A stretch of DNA of 64,000 nucleotides from Alphaproteobacteria bacterium (GTDB lineage: Bacteria; Pseudomonadota; Alphaproteobacteria; Rs-D84), in the NCBI GenBank assembly GCA_015062485.1, contig SUUO01000005.1:658-64657 (forward strand), in the 5' to 3' direction. The position numbers and the translations under genes were made by a program. How positions within the stretch are numbered: the stretch's first letter is position 1; every line of letters begins with the position of its first letter. This document shows positions 47,598-57,534 of the stretch, in pieces. The notes under the pieces were generated by a model, which was not told the origin of the DNA, did not search any database, and was given only the letters and a program-made list of their open reading frames with translations.

Positions 47598-48266
47598 TTA
47601 TTTAGCGGCCCCAACGTTTAATGTCTGCGTTGTACCATCCTTTACAAAAACAATTCCTTCGTCCAGGGATATAGATTTTACCGTATACCCATCCAAGTTT
47701 TTTCCAACACCAACGCGCTTTGTTTGCCCACTTGCAACATCTGTGATTGTTGCCTGTAACTGAGACCCCGCCCCAATAACATTAACCAGTTTGTATTTTT
47801 TCGATAAATCTGTTTCTGGTTTTACATCTTCTTTCTGTGAATAAGATTCAGAATAAGATACCGGTTTATCTTCTGCCGCCAGTAATTTTTCCTTTTCTCG
47901 TTCCAGGCGTGCCGCCTCTGCTTCTAACTTTGCTTTTTCTGTTTCGATTTGCTGCTGCTGTTGTTCGGCACGTCCCGACAGGGTATCGATTTCCATATGC
48001 AGTTTAATTTTTTCCGCCGCCAATCTATCTAATTCCAAATCCAACTGTGCACGTTCTTTTTCCAGTTGCATTAAAACCTTTTCCTGTTCCAGGTCTGTAA
48101 TTTGTTGAAACAAAGAACCTTCCACCTGATAATCTGCAATCGCATCGGCCGACACTTGTTCAATATCATCGACGACAACTTCGTCTATGATAACATCATC
48201 CGCGGCACGCGCCCCGGAAAACACAACACACAACCCAATCAAAGCCACTAATATTTTATTTTGCAT
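47598..48266 (-). CDS. Secreted coiled-coil protein with a C-terminal beta domain (PilP-like candidate)
   Basis: Signal peptide, about 90 aa of E/L/Q-rich coil (..AEQQQQQIETEKAKLEAEAARLEREKEKL..), and a C-terminal segment YKLVNVIG..ATITD...GYTVKSISLDEGIVFV. Confidence 0.45.
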   Translation of the reverse strand: MQNKILVALIGLCVVFSGARAADDVIIDEVVVDDIEQVSADAIADYQVEGSLFQQITDLEQEKVLMQLEKERAQLDLELDRLAAEKIKLHMEIDTLSGRAEQQQQQIETEKAKLEAEAARLEREKEKLLAAEDKPVSYSESYSQKEDVKPETDLSKKYKLVNVIGAGSQLQATITDVASGQTKRVGVGKNLDGYTVKSISLDEGIVFVKDGTTQTLNVGAAK

Positions 48267-49518
48267 AGATTATCACCTCATAGTTCCAGATACGTCTGGC
48301 CGCATCCCACGTACAACTTGTCATATAGACACCACCAAAATCTTCGAATATTTTCATAAACTGCATCGGCACCAGTTTTGATGACGCCGCAATTTCAACA
48401 ACATTTACCGTCGCCACATCAACACCATTGGTCAATGTATCAACAACTATATTCGCCTCTATATTTGTATCAATCCCCTGAAAAGAACTTGTAATATCAC
48501 GAACAATCGTTTCCGCATCGCGTTCATCCTGAGATGCGATTGTTTCCACCGCCGGTAATTTAGCCTGAACAATCAAATAATCTTCTGACTGTTCTGACAC
48601 CAATACCCCCGGCATTAAATCAGCCGCAACATTATAAAATTCAGCCAATGTTCCAAAACCACGTTGAAATTCCGCGTCAACGTGTGTCTCGCCACAGGTT
48701 GCCATTACCTGATTCCAACCCATAATTGGTTGCATAACAAAACCAATCGCCTGATAACAATTTTGCGCACGTTGAACCGGATCCGGCAAATTTTCAAATG
48801 GCATAACTATCGGTTCCGGCGGTAACGGCTTTTCAATTTCAAATTGCGCATCTAATTCTTTATTTTTCTCTTCTATTTGCCGCTTATATTCCGCGATCAA
48901 TTCTGGATTAACATCCGCGACCTGTGGACGTGGCGACAACATTTGTCCAATCGGTTCACGCAGAAAATAAAGCGTCAACACAACAAACGCCGCCAACATT
49001 AAAACAGCGGTCATACGCGACCCAAAACGACTTATTGTATGCAAAACTGCGTGTGATCCGGCCCCTATTACATCATAAAGCGTACGTTCAATCGCGCGTG
49101 GCATTCCCCACGCACCCGGCGCAATCAACGCACCCCAATCCGGGATTTGCGACAATTTAACATATTCTTCGCGGGCCGCCGCCTCTGTATCAAAAACCTT
49201 GTCTTCCAGAATAACGCCATTACGCACCGCAATAACAATATAACGTTTATCTGTTGCGAACGCCCCCAGAAACGACGTATATTCCGCCATAGATTCCATA
49301 ACCTGGGCGGCGATTGACGGCATACCCGCACGATGCCCAATGCGACGCGCCCCCAACCCAATCATTCCCCGATATTCCGTGAAAAGATTTAATTTTTTAT
49401 CAACTGATTTCGCCAGTTTTTTTGCATAATTACGCGCAACAAACCCCGCCCCGATTGGTTGCCAAAACAGACCAGTTGCGTACTTTTTACGATGAACTTG
49501 TATAACTTGATTAATCAA
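48256..49518 (-). CDS. Bitopic membrane protein (type IVb PilO-like candidate)
   Basis: 420 aa with a central TM (MTAVLMLAAFVVLTLYF). Its position upstream of the PilP/Q/R-like genes matches the R64-type order. Starts at TTG. Confidence 0.4.
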   Translation of the reverse strand: MINQVIQVHRKKYATGLFWQPIGAGFVARNYAKKLAKSVDKKLNLFTEYRGMIGLGARRIGHRAGMPSIAAQVMESMAEYTSFLGAFATDKRYIVIAVRNGVILEDKVFDTEAAAREEYVKLSQIPDWGALIAPGAWGMPRAIERTLYDVIGAGSHAVLHTISRFGSRMTAVLMLAAFVVLTLYFLREPIGQMLSPRPQVADVNPELIAEYKRQIEEKNKELDAQFEIEKPLPPEPIVMPFENLPDPVQRAQNCYQAIGFVMQPIMGWNQVMATCGETHVDAEFQRGFGTLAEFYNVAADLMPGVLVSEQSEDYLIVQAKLPAVETIASQDERDAETIVRDITSSFQGIDTNIEANIVVDTLTNGVDVATVNVVEIAASSKLVPMQFMKIFEDFGGVYMTSCTWDAARRIWNYEVIIYAK

Positions 49519-49603
49519 TTTCTCTCTCTAACTTGGGCCCTGTTATGAAATTATAACATAAAAATCCCCACCCCCGCAACACTAAAACCAAGGTTCAATA
49601 TTT

Positions 49604-49631
49604 AAAAAATCCCCCGTGGGGGGGATTTTTA
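49604..49631. terminator. Hairpin terminator
   Basis: atccccc/gggggat stem with A and T runs. Confidence 0.6.
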
Positions 49632-49982
49632 TTTATCCGCTGCGGTCTTTATCCTTTGTGGATTTGGACAATCATACACATTCGCAACCAGGATAAACGC
49701 ACGTTCCGGTCCAAAAATCACCCATTCATTTGGACGTGTGCGCTGACTGGTAATCCAATACGCGTTACCAGGACGCGCCTGGTCAACAATACGATTTTCC
49801 ATATATCTGCGCGCATCATCTGCATCGTAAACCGATACTTCTGATTCCAGTTTATACAAATACGTACAACCAATTGGCTCTGCATCCAACTGTACCAGAT
49901 ATTCACTGCCATTCTCGTTTTTAATCAACCCACCACAGGCGGCCAATAATACCAACGCCAACCAAGCAAATACTTTTTTCAT
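49629..49982 (-). CDS. Small lipoprotein (DUF4156-like?)
   Basis: MKKVFAWLALVLLAACGG lipobox. 117 aa. Confidence 0.45.
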   Translation of the reverse strand: MKKVFAWLALVLLAACGGLIKNENGSEYLVQLDAEPIGCTYLYKLESEVSVYDADDARRYMENRIVDQARPGNAYWITSQRTRPNEWVIFGPERAFILVANVYDCPNPQRIKTAADK

Positions 49983-50002
49983 CTCTCTTTCCTTTTTATT
50001 TC

Positions 50003-50938
50003 TTATTCAACTATATCATAATTAGACGGATTGCTGAACAATTTTTTAAGAACAATATTATTCAACGCGTGACTGCCCTTGTATGATTCCAACTTGCCAC
50101 AAATCATTCCACCCGCGGTGAACATATCACCAATCGCATCAATAATTTTATGGCGCACAAATTCATCCGGCCAATTCAGTTCATTTATTGTCCCATCACC
50201 CGCATCATTTAGCGCAATAACATTTGTTTCATCCGCGCCACGTCCCATACCACGCGCCTTTAAGTATTCCCATTCGGAATATTTTCCAAATGTGCGTGCA
50301 CGTGCGATGTTTTTAATAAAATCATCAATTGATTTTTTTGTCCCATTAAAAGAATATTCAAAACTTTGTTTACCTATAATTTTTTCCGGATAGACCAGGG
50401 TTGCAACAACATCCAACGATTTTCCATTATTTGGACTTAAACTCACAAATCCATCCGCCTTGCGACCTGAAATCTTATTCATAATCCAGATTTGCGCACG
50501 CACAAATAAAGGTAATTGTTTTGTTACCTCGCGTGCATACGCGACGACGGGACGACGCACAATAATCTTTTTCATTTTGTTTTTTGATTGGGTCGCATCA
50601 CTTATTAACTTGTAAAATTCGGCCGCACTGCCGTCCAGGATTGGTGTCTCGGGACCATTAATTTCAATAATCGCACTGTCCACACCACACATAAACAACG
50701 CCGCCATCAAATGTTCAATCGTCTGAACGTGCGCAGAATCCGTTTTTCCAACGGTTGTATTACGCATTTTTGTTTCACCAACATTATCAAAACGCGCCGG
50801 TATCAACCCCGTCCCCACCATATCAACACGTCGAAAGAAAATTCCTGGCTTATTCGATGGCTTTATAACCATACACACCGGTAATCCCGAATGAATCCCA
50901 CGCCCATTTATTTCTATATTTTTTGTTACCGTATTCAT
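50003..50938 (-). CDS. lpxC: UDP-3-O-acyl-N-acetylglucosamine deacetylase
   Basis: INGRGIHSG, TIEHLMAAL, and H..DAIGD motifs. Its ATG overlaps the lpxK TGA (ATGA). Confidence 0.9.
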   Translation of the reverse strand: MNTVTKNIEINGRGIHSGLPVCMVIKPSNKPGIFFRRVDMVGTGLIPARFDNVGETKMRNTTVGKTDSAHVQTIEHLMAALFMCGVDSAIIEINGPETPILDGSAAEFYKLISDATQSKNKMKKIIVRRPVVAYAREVTKQLPLFVRAQIWIMNKISGRKADGFVSLSPNNGKSLDVVATLVYPEKIIGKQSFEYSFNGTKKSIDDFIKNIARARTFGKYSEWEYLKARGMGRGADETNVIALNDAGDGTINELNWPDEFVRHKIIDAIGDMFTAGGMICGKLESYKGSHALNNIVLKKLFSNPSNYDIVE

Positions 50939-51837
50939 TTTATTTTTTCCCCCAGCCAATTCCAAAACGCACCTTCTATTTCGGTATCCAGTTTCGCAAA
51001 TTTAATCTTTTCACGTGCATATTCCGGCAACCGCACCCAGTCTTTTTCGGTTGTAACTAACTTTGCCTTGTGCTTATCCGCCAATGCAAATAATTTTTTA
51101 AGGTCATCTTCTGTATATTGCCAATGATCCGCAAAAGACCGCGTTGCCACAACATTGTTTAAACAGCGAAAGAATTTTTTCGGATACCCAATCCCCGCAA
51201 ACGCCACCAACTTTACCCGCTCATCATACGGCGACCGTGTTATATTTTTTGCAAAGAAAGTTGGAACACCAACCGGTAAACTAAAATTCTTTTTATGTGT
51301 TGAATTTTTAATAACAATTATCGCATCCGCACGACGTACGGCCCCCTTGGGCTCTCGCAGGGGTCCGGCCGGCAATAATAAACCGTTACCATACCCTAGC
51401 CCTTCATCAAACACCAGAACGGAAATATCTTTTTTAATCGATGGATTTTGAAAACCATCATCCATAACAATTGGCGTATTGTCTGATTGTTTATTTAATA
51501 AAATAATATTACTTTTTCTGTCACCAACGTGCACAACCAATCCATCCCGCGCCAGCATTGTTGCCTCATCTCCCGCATCGGCAAAATCTTTACTTTTTTT
51601 ATACCCGCGCATAACAACCGGCGCATCCAGACGTGTGGCAATCTGGCGCACGATTGGTGTTTTACCAACCCCGCCCGCCAGAATATTTCCAACACAAATT
51701 ATCTTGCGACGCGATTTCAACGGACGAATAGAACGCAATACAAAAACCACACGTCCAATTAAATAATACAACCATCCAATCGGCCATAAAATAAAAGATA
51801 ACGGTGTCTTGCGCAAGAACCACCACGGTGTTTTCAT
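50935..51837 (-). CDS. lpxK: Tetraacyldisaccharide 4'-kinase
   Basis: VGNILAGGVGKTP P-loop and DDGFQN motif. Confidence 0.9.
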   Translation of the reverse strand: MKTPWWFLRKTPLSFILWPIGWLYYLIGRVVFVLRSIRPLKSRRKIICVGNILAGGVGKTPIVRQIATRLDAPVVMRGYKKSKDFADAGDEATMLARDGLVVHVGDRKSNIILLNKQSDNTPIVMDDGFQNPSIKKDISVLVFDEGLGYGNGLLLPAGPLREPKGAVRRADAIIVIKNSTHKKNFSLPVGVPTFFAKNITRSPYDERVKLVAFAGIGYPKKFFRCLNNVVATRSFADHWQYTEDDLKKLFALADKHKAKLVTTEKDWVRLPEYAREKIKFAKLDTEIEGAFWNWLGEKIK

Positions 51838-51838
51838 A

Positions 51839-52627
51839 TTATTTACCTTTCTTTTTATTTTTACGCGCATCGCGCATCATTTGTTTAAATTCGCTTGCGG
51901 TCATATCTTGTTCAACCATTGGCAAATTAAATTCAGCATCCAGATCACGCACTTGTTTTACCATAACATCTTCCAGATTTTTACGCACACGTTCAAATTC
52001 CTCTGCGGTGGCATTTGGCGCAACAAACATCGGTTTTCCAACCACACATTTTATACGCGAAAAATGAAGCGCCAACAGGTATCTATCCCACCTTTTCTGA
52101 ATCCAAACCCGCGAAGCCGAATAACACACCGGAATAATTGGTGCACCCGTCATTTTTGCAAAATAAAGTGCCCCATCCTGAACACGCATCGATGGGCCGC
52201 CGGGTCCATCGGGTGACAAACATAGCGCATAACGCCCATCACGTAAAACCCGTACCCCTTGGCGCAGGACGGAAATCCCCCCTTCGCTTGTTGAACCATA
52301 TATAGCCTTCAATCCAAATAATCGCTGAATCTTTGCCATCATACGCCCATCTTTGTGGCGACTGGCAATGGCATAAGCACGCATTCCCCGCATACGAATA
52401 ATCGGACTTAGCATCATAGAACGTCCGTGCCAAAACACGAAAATAGCCGGTTTTTTACGATATTTTTCAAAGTATTCCATCCCCACATATTTCTTGCGCG
52501 ATGTAAAATACACGGTCCACATTGGAATCGACATACAAATTGCAATAAACCACTGAATTACCCCACACCCCAGTATTGGATTCCAGAATTTTTTCCACGC
52601 TTTTCTGAATTTTTTATTATGTATCAC
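51839..52627 (-). CDS. DUF374 / lysophospholipid-acyltransferase-like protein
   Basis: FVFWHGR motif and SPDGPGGP. The position upstream of lpxK is typical. Confidence 0.6.
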   Translation of the reverse strand: MIHNKKFRKAWKKFWNPILGCGVIQWFIAICMSIPMWTVYFTSRKKYVGMEYFEKYRKKPAIFVFWHGRSMMLSPIIRMRGMRAYAIASRHKDGRMMAKIQRLFGLKAIYGSTSEGGISVLRQGVRVLRDGRYALCLSPDGPGGPSMRVQDGALYFAKMTGAPIIPVCYSASRVWIQKRWDRYLLALHFSRIKCVVGKPMFVAPNATAEEFERVRKNLEDVMVKQVRDLDAEFNLPMVEQDMTASEFKQMMRDARKNKKKGK

Positions 52628-52705
52628 ATTAAATCCTTGTCTTGTTATGGCAGTTTAGCAATAAAAAAGACATAATTCAAGAAATGGCTTGTGATAAAAA
52701 TCAAA

Positions 52706-52727
52706 TAAAAAAACGTCCCTTGGACGC
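52706..52727 (-). terminator. Terminator 3' of tRNA-fMet
   Basis: On the minus strand, cgtcc/ggacg stem followed by a U-run. Confidence 0.55.
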
Positions 52728-52746
52728 ACAATTTTATAAAAAATCT

Positions 52747-52823
<77 letters not shown>

Positions 52824-52966
52824 TCACTGATTAAAAGCCTGCATATTATATATTATTTTAATAAATAGTCAAATAAAAAAGTTCTCTATTTCTTTTTTAC
52901 ATAAATACAAAGATATTGCTATATAATCTACATCAATTAACATATAAAAACATATGGGGGCGCATA

Positions 52967-53542
52967 ATGAAAAAATTTTTATTTATTTTACCAATTGTTT
53001 TATCAACAAACGCTTTTGCCAATAACTTTACACCATACGTTGGTCTGGATGCGGGTTTAAACATTGCGGACTATACATATGACCAAGACCTAGAAGAACA
53101 ATATTACACCGCCACTATCAACGCCGGAATGCGTATTGGTTCAAACTTTGGCGTAGAATTATTTTTCACACAATCCGCCGATAACGAAAATACATTTTTA
53201 TATGAATTTTCCACACTTACCCAAGACATTAACATTTCATATCAATCGTTTGGATTTGATATTTTTGGATATTATTCAATGGTTGAAAATATGGACTTCT
53301 TTACATCATTTGGAATTGCAAATTATCGCATATCAAATGAAATAAAATATATTGATGAATTTGAAACATATTCTGAATCAGACACTATGACCGAAACCGC
53401 ATCACGCTTTGGAATTGGCTTAATGTACACTTTTCCAAATGATGATATATCAATCCTGGGGCAATATCAGTATTCAACCGTCAACAACGAATACATAAAA
53501 TCATTATCTGAATTTTCCATCGGATTTCGGTATAATTTTTAA
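52967..53542 (+). CDS. Small outer-membrane beta-barrel protein (OmpA-like barrel / OMP_b-brl)
   Basis: Signal peptide MKKFLFILPIVLSTNAFA, alternating strands, and a terminal RYNF. Confidence 0.65.
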   Translation: MKKFLFILPIVLSTNAFANNFTPYVGLDAGLNIADYTYDQDLEEQYYTATINAGMRIGSNFGVELFFTQSADNENTFLYEFSTLTQDINISYQSFGFDIFGYYSMVENMDFFTSFGIANYRISNEIKYIDEFETYSESDTMTETASRFGIGLMYTFPNDDISILGQYQYSTVNNEYIKSLSEFSIGFRYNF

Positions 53543-53568
53543 CAAAAAAATCACTAACCACAACAATA

Positions 53569-53594
53569 AAAATCGCCCCAAATGGGGCTTTTTT
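53569..53594. terminator. Bidirectional terminator
   Basis: gcccca/tggggc stem with A and T runs. Confidence 0.7.
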
Positions 53595-54600
53595 ATTGTA
53601 AATACCATTCGACGGTTTTAACAATCCCCGTATCAAACGTTTCATCTGCGCGCCAACCAAGTTCCGTTTCCAGTTTTGTCGCATCAATCGCATATCTGAA
53701 ATCGTGACCCGCACGGTCGGCAACAAAGGTAATTAACTCTTCGTATTTTTTGCCGTCATTGCGTGGTTTCTTTTCGTCCAGGATTGCGCAAATCGTTTTC
53801 ACAATTGTGATATTATTGCGTTCATTACGACCGCCAATATTATACGTTTCACCCGATTTACCATTATGGAAAATTAAATCAATCGCCTTGCAATGATCCA
53901 GGACATATAACCAGTCACGAACATTTTCCCCCTTGCCATAGATTGGTAATGGTTGTAATGCCAATGCCTTGGAAATAATATGTGGAATCAGTTTTTCATT
54001 ATGCTGTTTCGGGCCATAGTTATTTGAACAATTTGACGTTGTCACATTCATACCAAACGTATGATAATATGCACGAACCAAGAAATCAGACGATGCCTTG
54101 GACGCGGAATATGGACTGTTTGGTGCGTATGGTGTATCTTCGCGGAACATCCCTGTTTCGCCCAATGCCCCATAAACCTCGTCGGTGGAAATATGGTGGA
54201 AACGTGCATTTTCATATCCCGGCTTTACCACACCCGGCCCATCCATCCAATGACGGCGTGCCGCATCCAGCAAATTAAATGTCCCAACGATATTCGTGTT
54301 AATAAATGCACGTGGTCCCTTTATCGAATTATCTACGTGACTTTCCGCCGCAAAGTGAATTACGCCACGAATATCATTTTCATCAAATAACTTATCAATT
54401 AAATCTGCGTCGCAAATATCACCTTGAACAAATTTATAGTTCGGCATATTTTCGCATTCACGCAAATTATCCAGATTCCCCGCGTACGTCAGTTTATCCA
54501 AATTGATGATATTATATTCCGGATATTTTTCACAAAAATAAGGCACAAAGTTCGAACCAATAAACCCCGCACCACCGGTAATTAAAATTGTTTTAGACAT
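53593..54600 (-). CDS. rfbB: dTDP-glucose 4,6-dehydratase
   Basis: ILITGGAGFIGSNF, STDEVYG, and YSASKA motifs. Confidence 0.95.
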   Translation of the reverse strand: MSKTILITGGAGFIGSNFVPYFCEKYPEYNIINLDKLTYAGNLDNLRECENMPNYKFVQGDICDADLIDKLFDENDIRGVIHFAAESHVDNSIKGPRAFINTNIVGTFNLLDAARRHWMDGPGVVKPGYENARFHHISTDEVYGALGETGMFREDTPYAPNSPYSASKASSDFLVRAYYHTFGMNVTTSNCSNNYGPKQHNEKLIPHIISKALALQPLPIYGKGENVRDWLYVLDHCKAIDLIFHNGKSGETYNIGGRNERNNITIVKTICAILDEKKPRNDGKKYEELITFVADRAGHDFRYAIDATKLETELGWRADETFDTGIVKTVEWYLQ

Positions 54601-55403
54601 TTTTCTAAACCTTTTTTCCAATGTTGAATTTTTACATTAAAAACATTTTGAATTTTTGATTTATCCAAAACGCTATAAAACGGCCGCACGGCGCGTGTTG
54701 GATATTCGCTGGATTTAATTGGATTCACAGTGCACGTCAATCCCGACATTTCTATAATTTCACTTGCAAAATCATACCACGAACATACCCCCATATTTGT
54801 AAAGTGATAAATACCCGTATTTTCACGTGTCATCTGTGGAATAATTTGTACAATTGCATCCGCCAAATCGCCCGCATATGTCGGGCTACCAATTTGGTCA
54901 GAAACAACATTTATTGATTCTTTTTCCGCCCCCAACCGACGCATAGTTTTTACGAAGTTATTTCCATACGGACTGTACAACCACGCGGTGCGAATAACAA
55001 CCGCAATAGATGCATTATCCAAGACCGCCAATTCCCCCGCCCGCTTAGTTTTACCATACACAGAAATCGGATTTGTTTCATCATCGGGCGAATACGGCAC
55101 GTGTCCCATACCATCAAAGACATAGTCTGTGGAAATATGTATTATTCTTGCGCCCGTTTTTGCCAGGTTACGCGGCCCATCAACATTGATTTTTGTGGCC
55201 AAATCTATATCATCTTCGGCCCTATCTACGGCGGTATATGCCGCACAGTTAATAATCAAATCAACATTATTATCCTTTACAATTTTTTGGACCGCCGCGC
55301 TATCGGTAATATCCAGCATATCAACATCTGCGCATATCGCATCCGGCAAACGCTTTTTTAATTCACTCCCTAATTGTCCATTACATCCCGTAATCAGGTA
55401 CAT
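54582..55403 (-). CDS. rfbD: dTDP-4-dehydrorhamnose reductase
   Basis: [17 protein letters not shown], and YGKTK motifs. Confidence 0.9.
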   Translation of the reverse strand: MYLITGCNGQLGSELKKRLPDAICADVDMLDITDSAAVQKIVKDNNVDLIINCAAYTAVDRAEDDIDLATKINVDGPRNLAKTGARIIHISTDYVFDGMGHVPYSPDDETNPISVYGKTKRAGELAVLDNASIAVVIRTAWLYSPYGNNFVKTMRRLGAEKESINVVSDQIGSPTYAGDLADAIVQIIPQMTRENTGIYHFTNMGVCSWYDFASEIIEMSGLTCTVNPIKSSEYPTRAVRPFYSVLDKSKIQNVFNVKIQHWKKGLEKCLKQF

Positions 55404-55932
55404 CTTTCAACCCCTTGGCTATATTATCTTTGGCCGATGTAATAATTTTGTCACGTGGCACCATCCAATCTATTCCAATATCTGGATCATCAAACCTGAT
55501 ACCAAATTCAGCCTGTGGTGCATACAGATTATCACACTTGTATGCAAAAATTGCCGTATCACTTAATACTGAAAACCCGTGCAAGAATCCACGTGGAATA
55601 AATAATTGCCGCTTATTTTCGTCCGATAATTCAACCGCGACATATTTACCAAATGTTGGTGAATTTTTTCTTATATCAACCGCCACGTCCAGAACGCGCC
55701 CCTGTAAAACACGCACCAGTTTTGCCTGGGCAAATTCACCCAATTGGCAATGCAGGCCACGCACCACCCCATAAGACGACTTTGATTGATTATCTTGAAC
55801 GAATTTTGCGGTTATACCGTTTTTGATAAACTCGGCCTCGTTATAAGACTCAAAGAAATATCCGCGCGCGTCTTCAAATACGCGGGGTTCAATAATAACG
55901 ACACCGTCTATTTCTGTTTTAATAAAGTTCAT
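55381..55932 (-). CDS. rfbC: dTDP-4-dehydrorhamnose 3,5-epimerase
   Basis: [15 protein letters not shown], and LFIPRGF.HGF motifs. Confidence 0.95.
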   Translation of the reverse strand: MNFIKTEIDGVVIIEPRVFEDARGYFFESYNEAEFIKNGITAKFVQDNQSKSSYGVVRGLHCQLGEFAQAKLVRVLQGRVLDVAVDIRKNSPTFGKYVAVELSDENKRQLFIPRGFLHGFSVLSDTAIFAYKCDNLYAPQAEFGIRFDDPDIGIDWMVPRDKIITSAKDNIAKGLKDVPDYGM

Positions 55933-56806
55933 TTTTTTCCTCGTACACTTTTTGCAAATAATCTTTATACGTACCTGATTTTAATTCACCAATCAACGCA
56001 CGCATTTGTTCATCGTTAATAAAGCCTTGCTTATATGCAATTTCTTCGATACAGGCGATTTTTAATCCCTGGCGCGCCTCCATAATCTGAACAAATTGTC
56101 CCGATTCCATAAGACTATCCGGTGTTCCCGCATCCAGCCACGCATTACCGCGCCGCATTGGTACAACAGACATACGTCCTTCGCGCAGGTAAATATTATT
56201 AAGGTCTGTAATTTCTAATTCATTTCGCCAGGATGGTTTTAACGTACGCGCTTTTTCAACAACATCGCCCGGATAAAAATACAATCCGACAGACACATAG
56301 TTTGATTTTGGATTTTTTGGTTTTTCTTCGATTGAAACCGCGCGCAAATTTTCATCAAATTCCACAACACCAAATCTTTCCGGATCGGAAACGTGATAGG
56401 CGAATATGGTTGCGCATTTTCCAGCATTCTTTTTAACCTCGGCCTGAAACATTGGGAATTGTCCCCCCATATAGAAGATATTGTCGCCTAAAATCAAACA
56501 AACATCATCGGTCCCAATAAAATCCGCCCCGATTGTAAAGGCTTGTGCAATCCCCCTTGGTTCTGGTTGAACTGCGTATTGGATATTTAACCCAATCTTG
56601 GACCCATCACCAAATAACTTTTCAATATTGGGTGTATCAACCGGCGTAGATATAATAAGAATATCTTTTATACCAAATTGCATCAGTGTTGATAACGGAT
56701 AATAAATCATCGGTTTATCATAAACCGGTAATAATTGTTTTGATGTTGTTTTTGTTAATGGATAAAGACGGGTACCACTGCCCCCGGCCAAAATAATTCC
56801 CTTCAT
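55919..56806 (-). CDS. rfbA: Glucose-1-phosphate thymidylyltransferase
   Basis: [17 protein letters not shown]...[18 protein letters not shown]. Confidence 0.95.
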   Translation of the reverse strand: MKGIILAGGSGTRLYPLTKTTSKQLLPVYDKPMIYYPLSTLMQFGIKDILIISTPVDTPNIEKLFGDGSKIGLNIQYAVQPEPRGIAQAFTIGADFIGTDDVCLILGDNIFYMGGQFPMFQAEVKKNAGKCATIFAYHVSDPERFGVVEFDENLRAVSIEEKPKNPKSNYVSVGLYFYPGDVVEKARTLKPSWRNELEITDLNNIYLREGRMSVVPMRRGNAWLDAGTPDSLMESGQFVQIMEARQGLKIACIEEIAYKQGFINDEQMRALIGELKSGTYKDYLQKVYEEKNELY

Positions 56807-56883
56807 AACTAATCCTTTTACGTTCTAATTAAAAGAATCTATAAGACATCTTATCTGTAAAAAGACCCGAAAATCAACATATT

Positions 56884-57534
56884 TTATAAAAAACACTTCT
56901 TTAATGTTTCGCTATTATCATTTTTATCGATACGTTTGTTACGAATTTCTTCATCAGCCTTGATTTTTTGCTTGATAATAACCATTTCTGGATGCGATTG
57001 AATTTTATTATTTATCTCTTCGATTGCCAAATCTATATCAGACGAATTATACACAAAAATTGGCATAACTGAATCCGCCGCACTGTAAAGCGCATTGTGC
57101 AATTCCACCTGAAAATCATCAATAACGGATAGATATTCACGAATATGTTGATCTTCGTGTGCCAACACCGCATCATAAGAACACGTATTTGGCACGTGTC
57201 GAATATCCACCTGGACCAGGAAATTTGAATAGCCTATTTCTGCATCAACCTGCTTGATACCTACACAAAAACCATCTTCGACCGATGTAATATCGGCCAC
57301 GATATCATAATTATCAACCATCGTCGCAACAACGTTTCCGTGCCACATATTCATCGGTTCCAGGGGTTGAACCACCTCTTTGGTCCAGGTTGGCGCAGAT
57401 ATCGTAATTTTTGGTGTTATTTTATAAGACACACATTCATTGGCAAACGCCGGTGCACACAGAAGAACAAACAAAATACCAAAATATTTTAACACCGGCT
57501 TAATCCAACGCCCCTTGTTTTTTAAGGTATTCAT
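56884..57534 (-). CDS. Secreted HExxH protein (DUF922-like putative Zn protease)
   Basis: Signal peptide ending AFA and the motif LAHEDQHIREY. The start overlaps the virB4 3' end by 35 nt. Confidence 0.4.
   Translation of the reverse strand: MNTLKNKGRWIKPVLKYFGILFVLLCAPAFANECVSYKITPKITISAPTWTKEVVQPLEPMNMWHGNVVATMVDNYDIVADITSVEDGFCVGIKQVDAEIGYSNFLVQVDIRHVPNTCSYDAVLAHEDQHIREYLSVIDDFQVELHNALYSAADSVMPIFVYNSSDIDLAIEEINNKIQSHPEMVIIKQKIKADEEIRNKRIDKNDNSETLKKCFL

Noticed and set aside
47700-48100. Possible DNA tandem repeat behind the QQQQQ/E-L-rich stretch of the PilP-like protein.
   Set aside because: At nucleotide level this is only a short cag/caa run plus a compositionally biased coiled-coil coding region. 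There is no unit-length tandem repeat.
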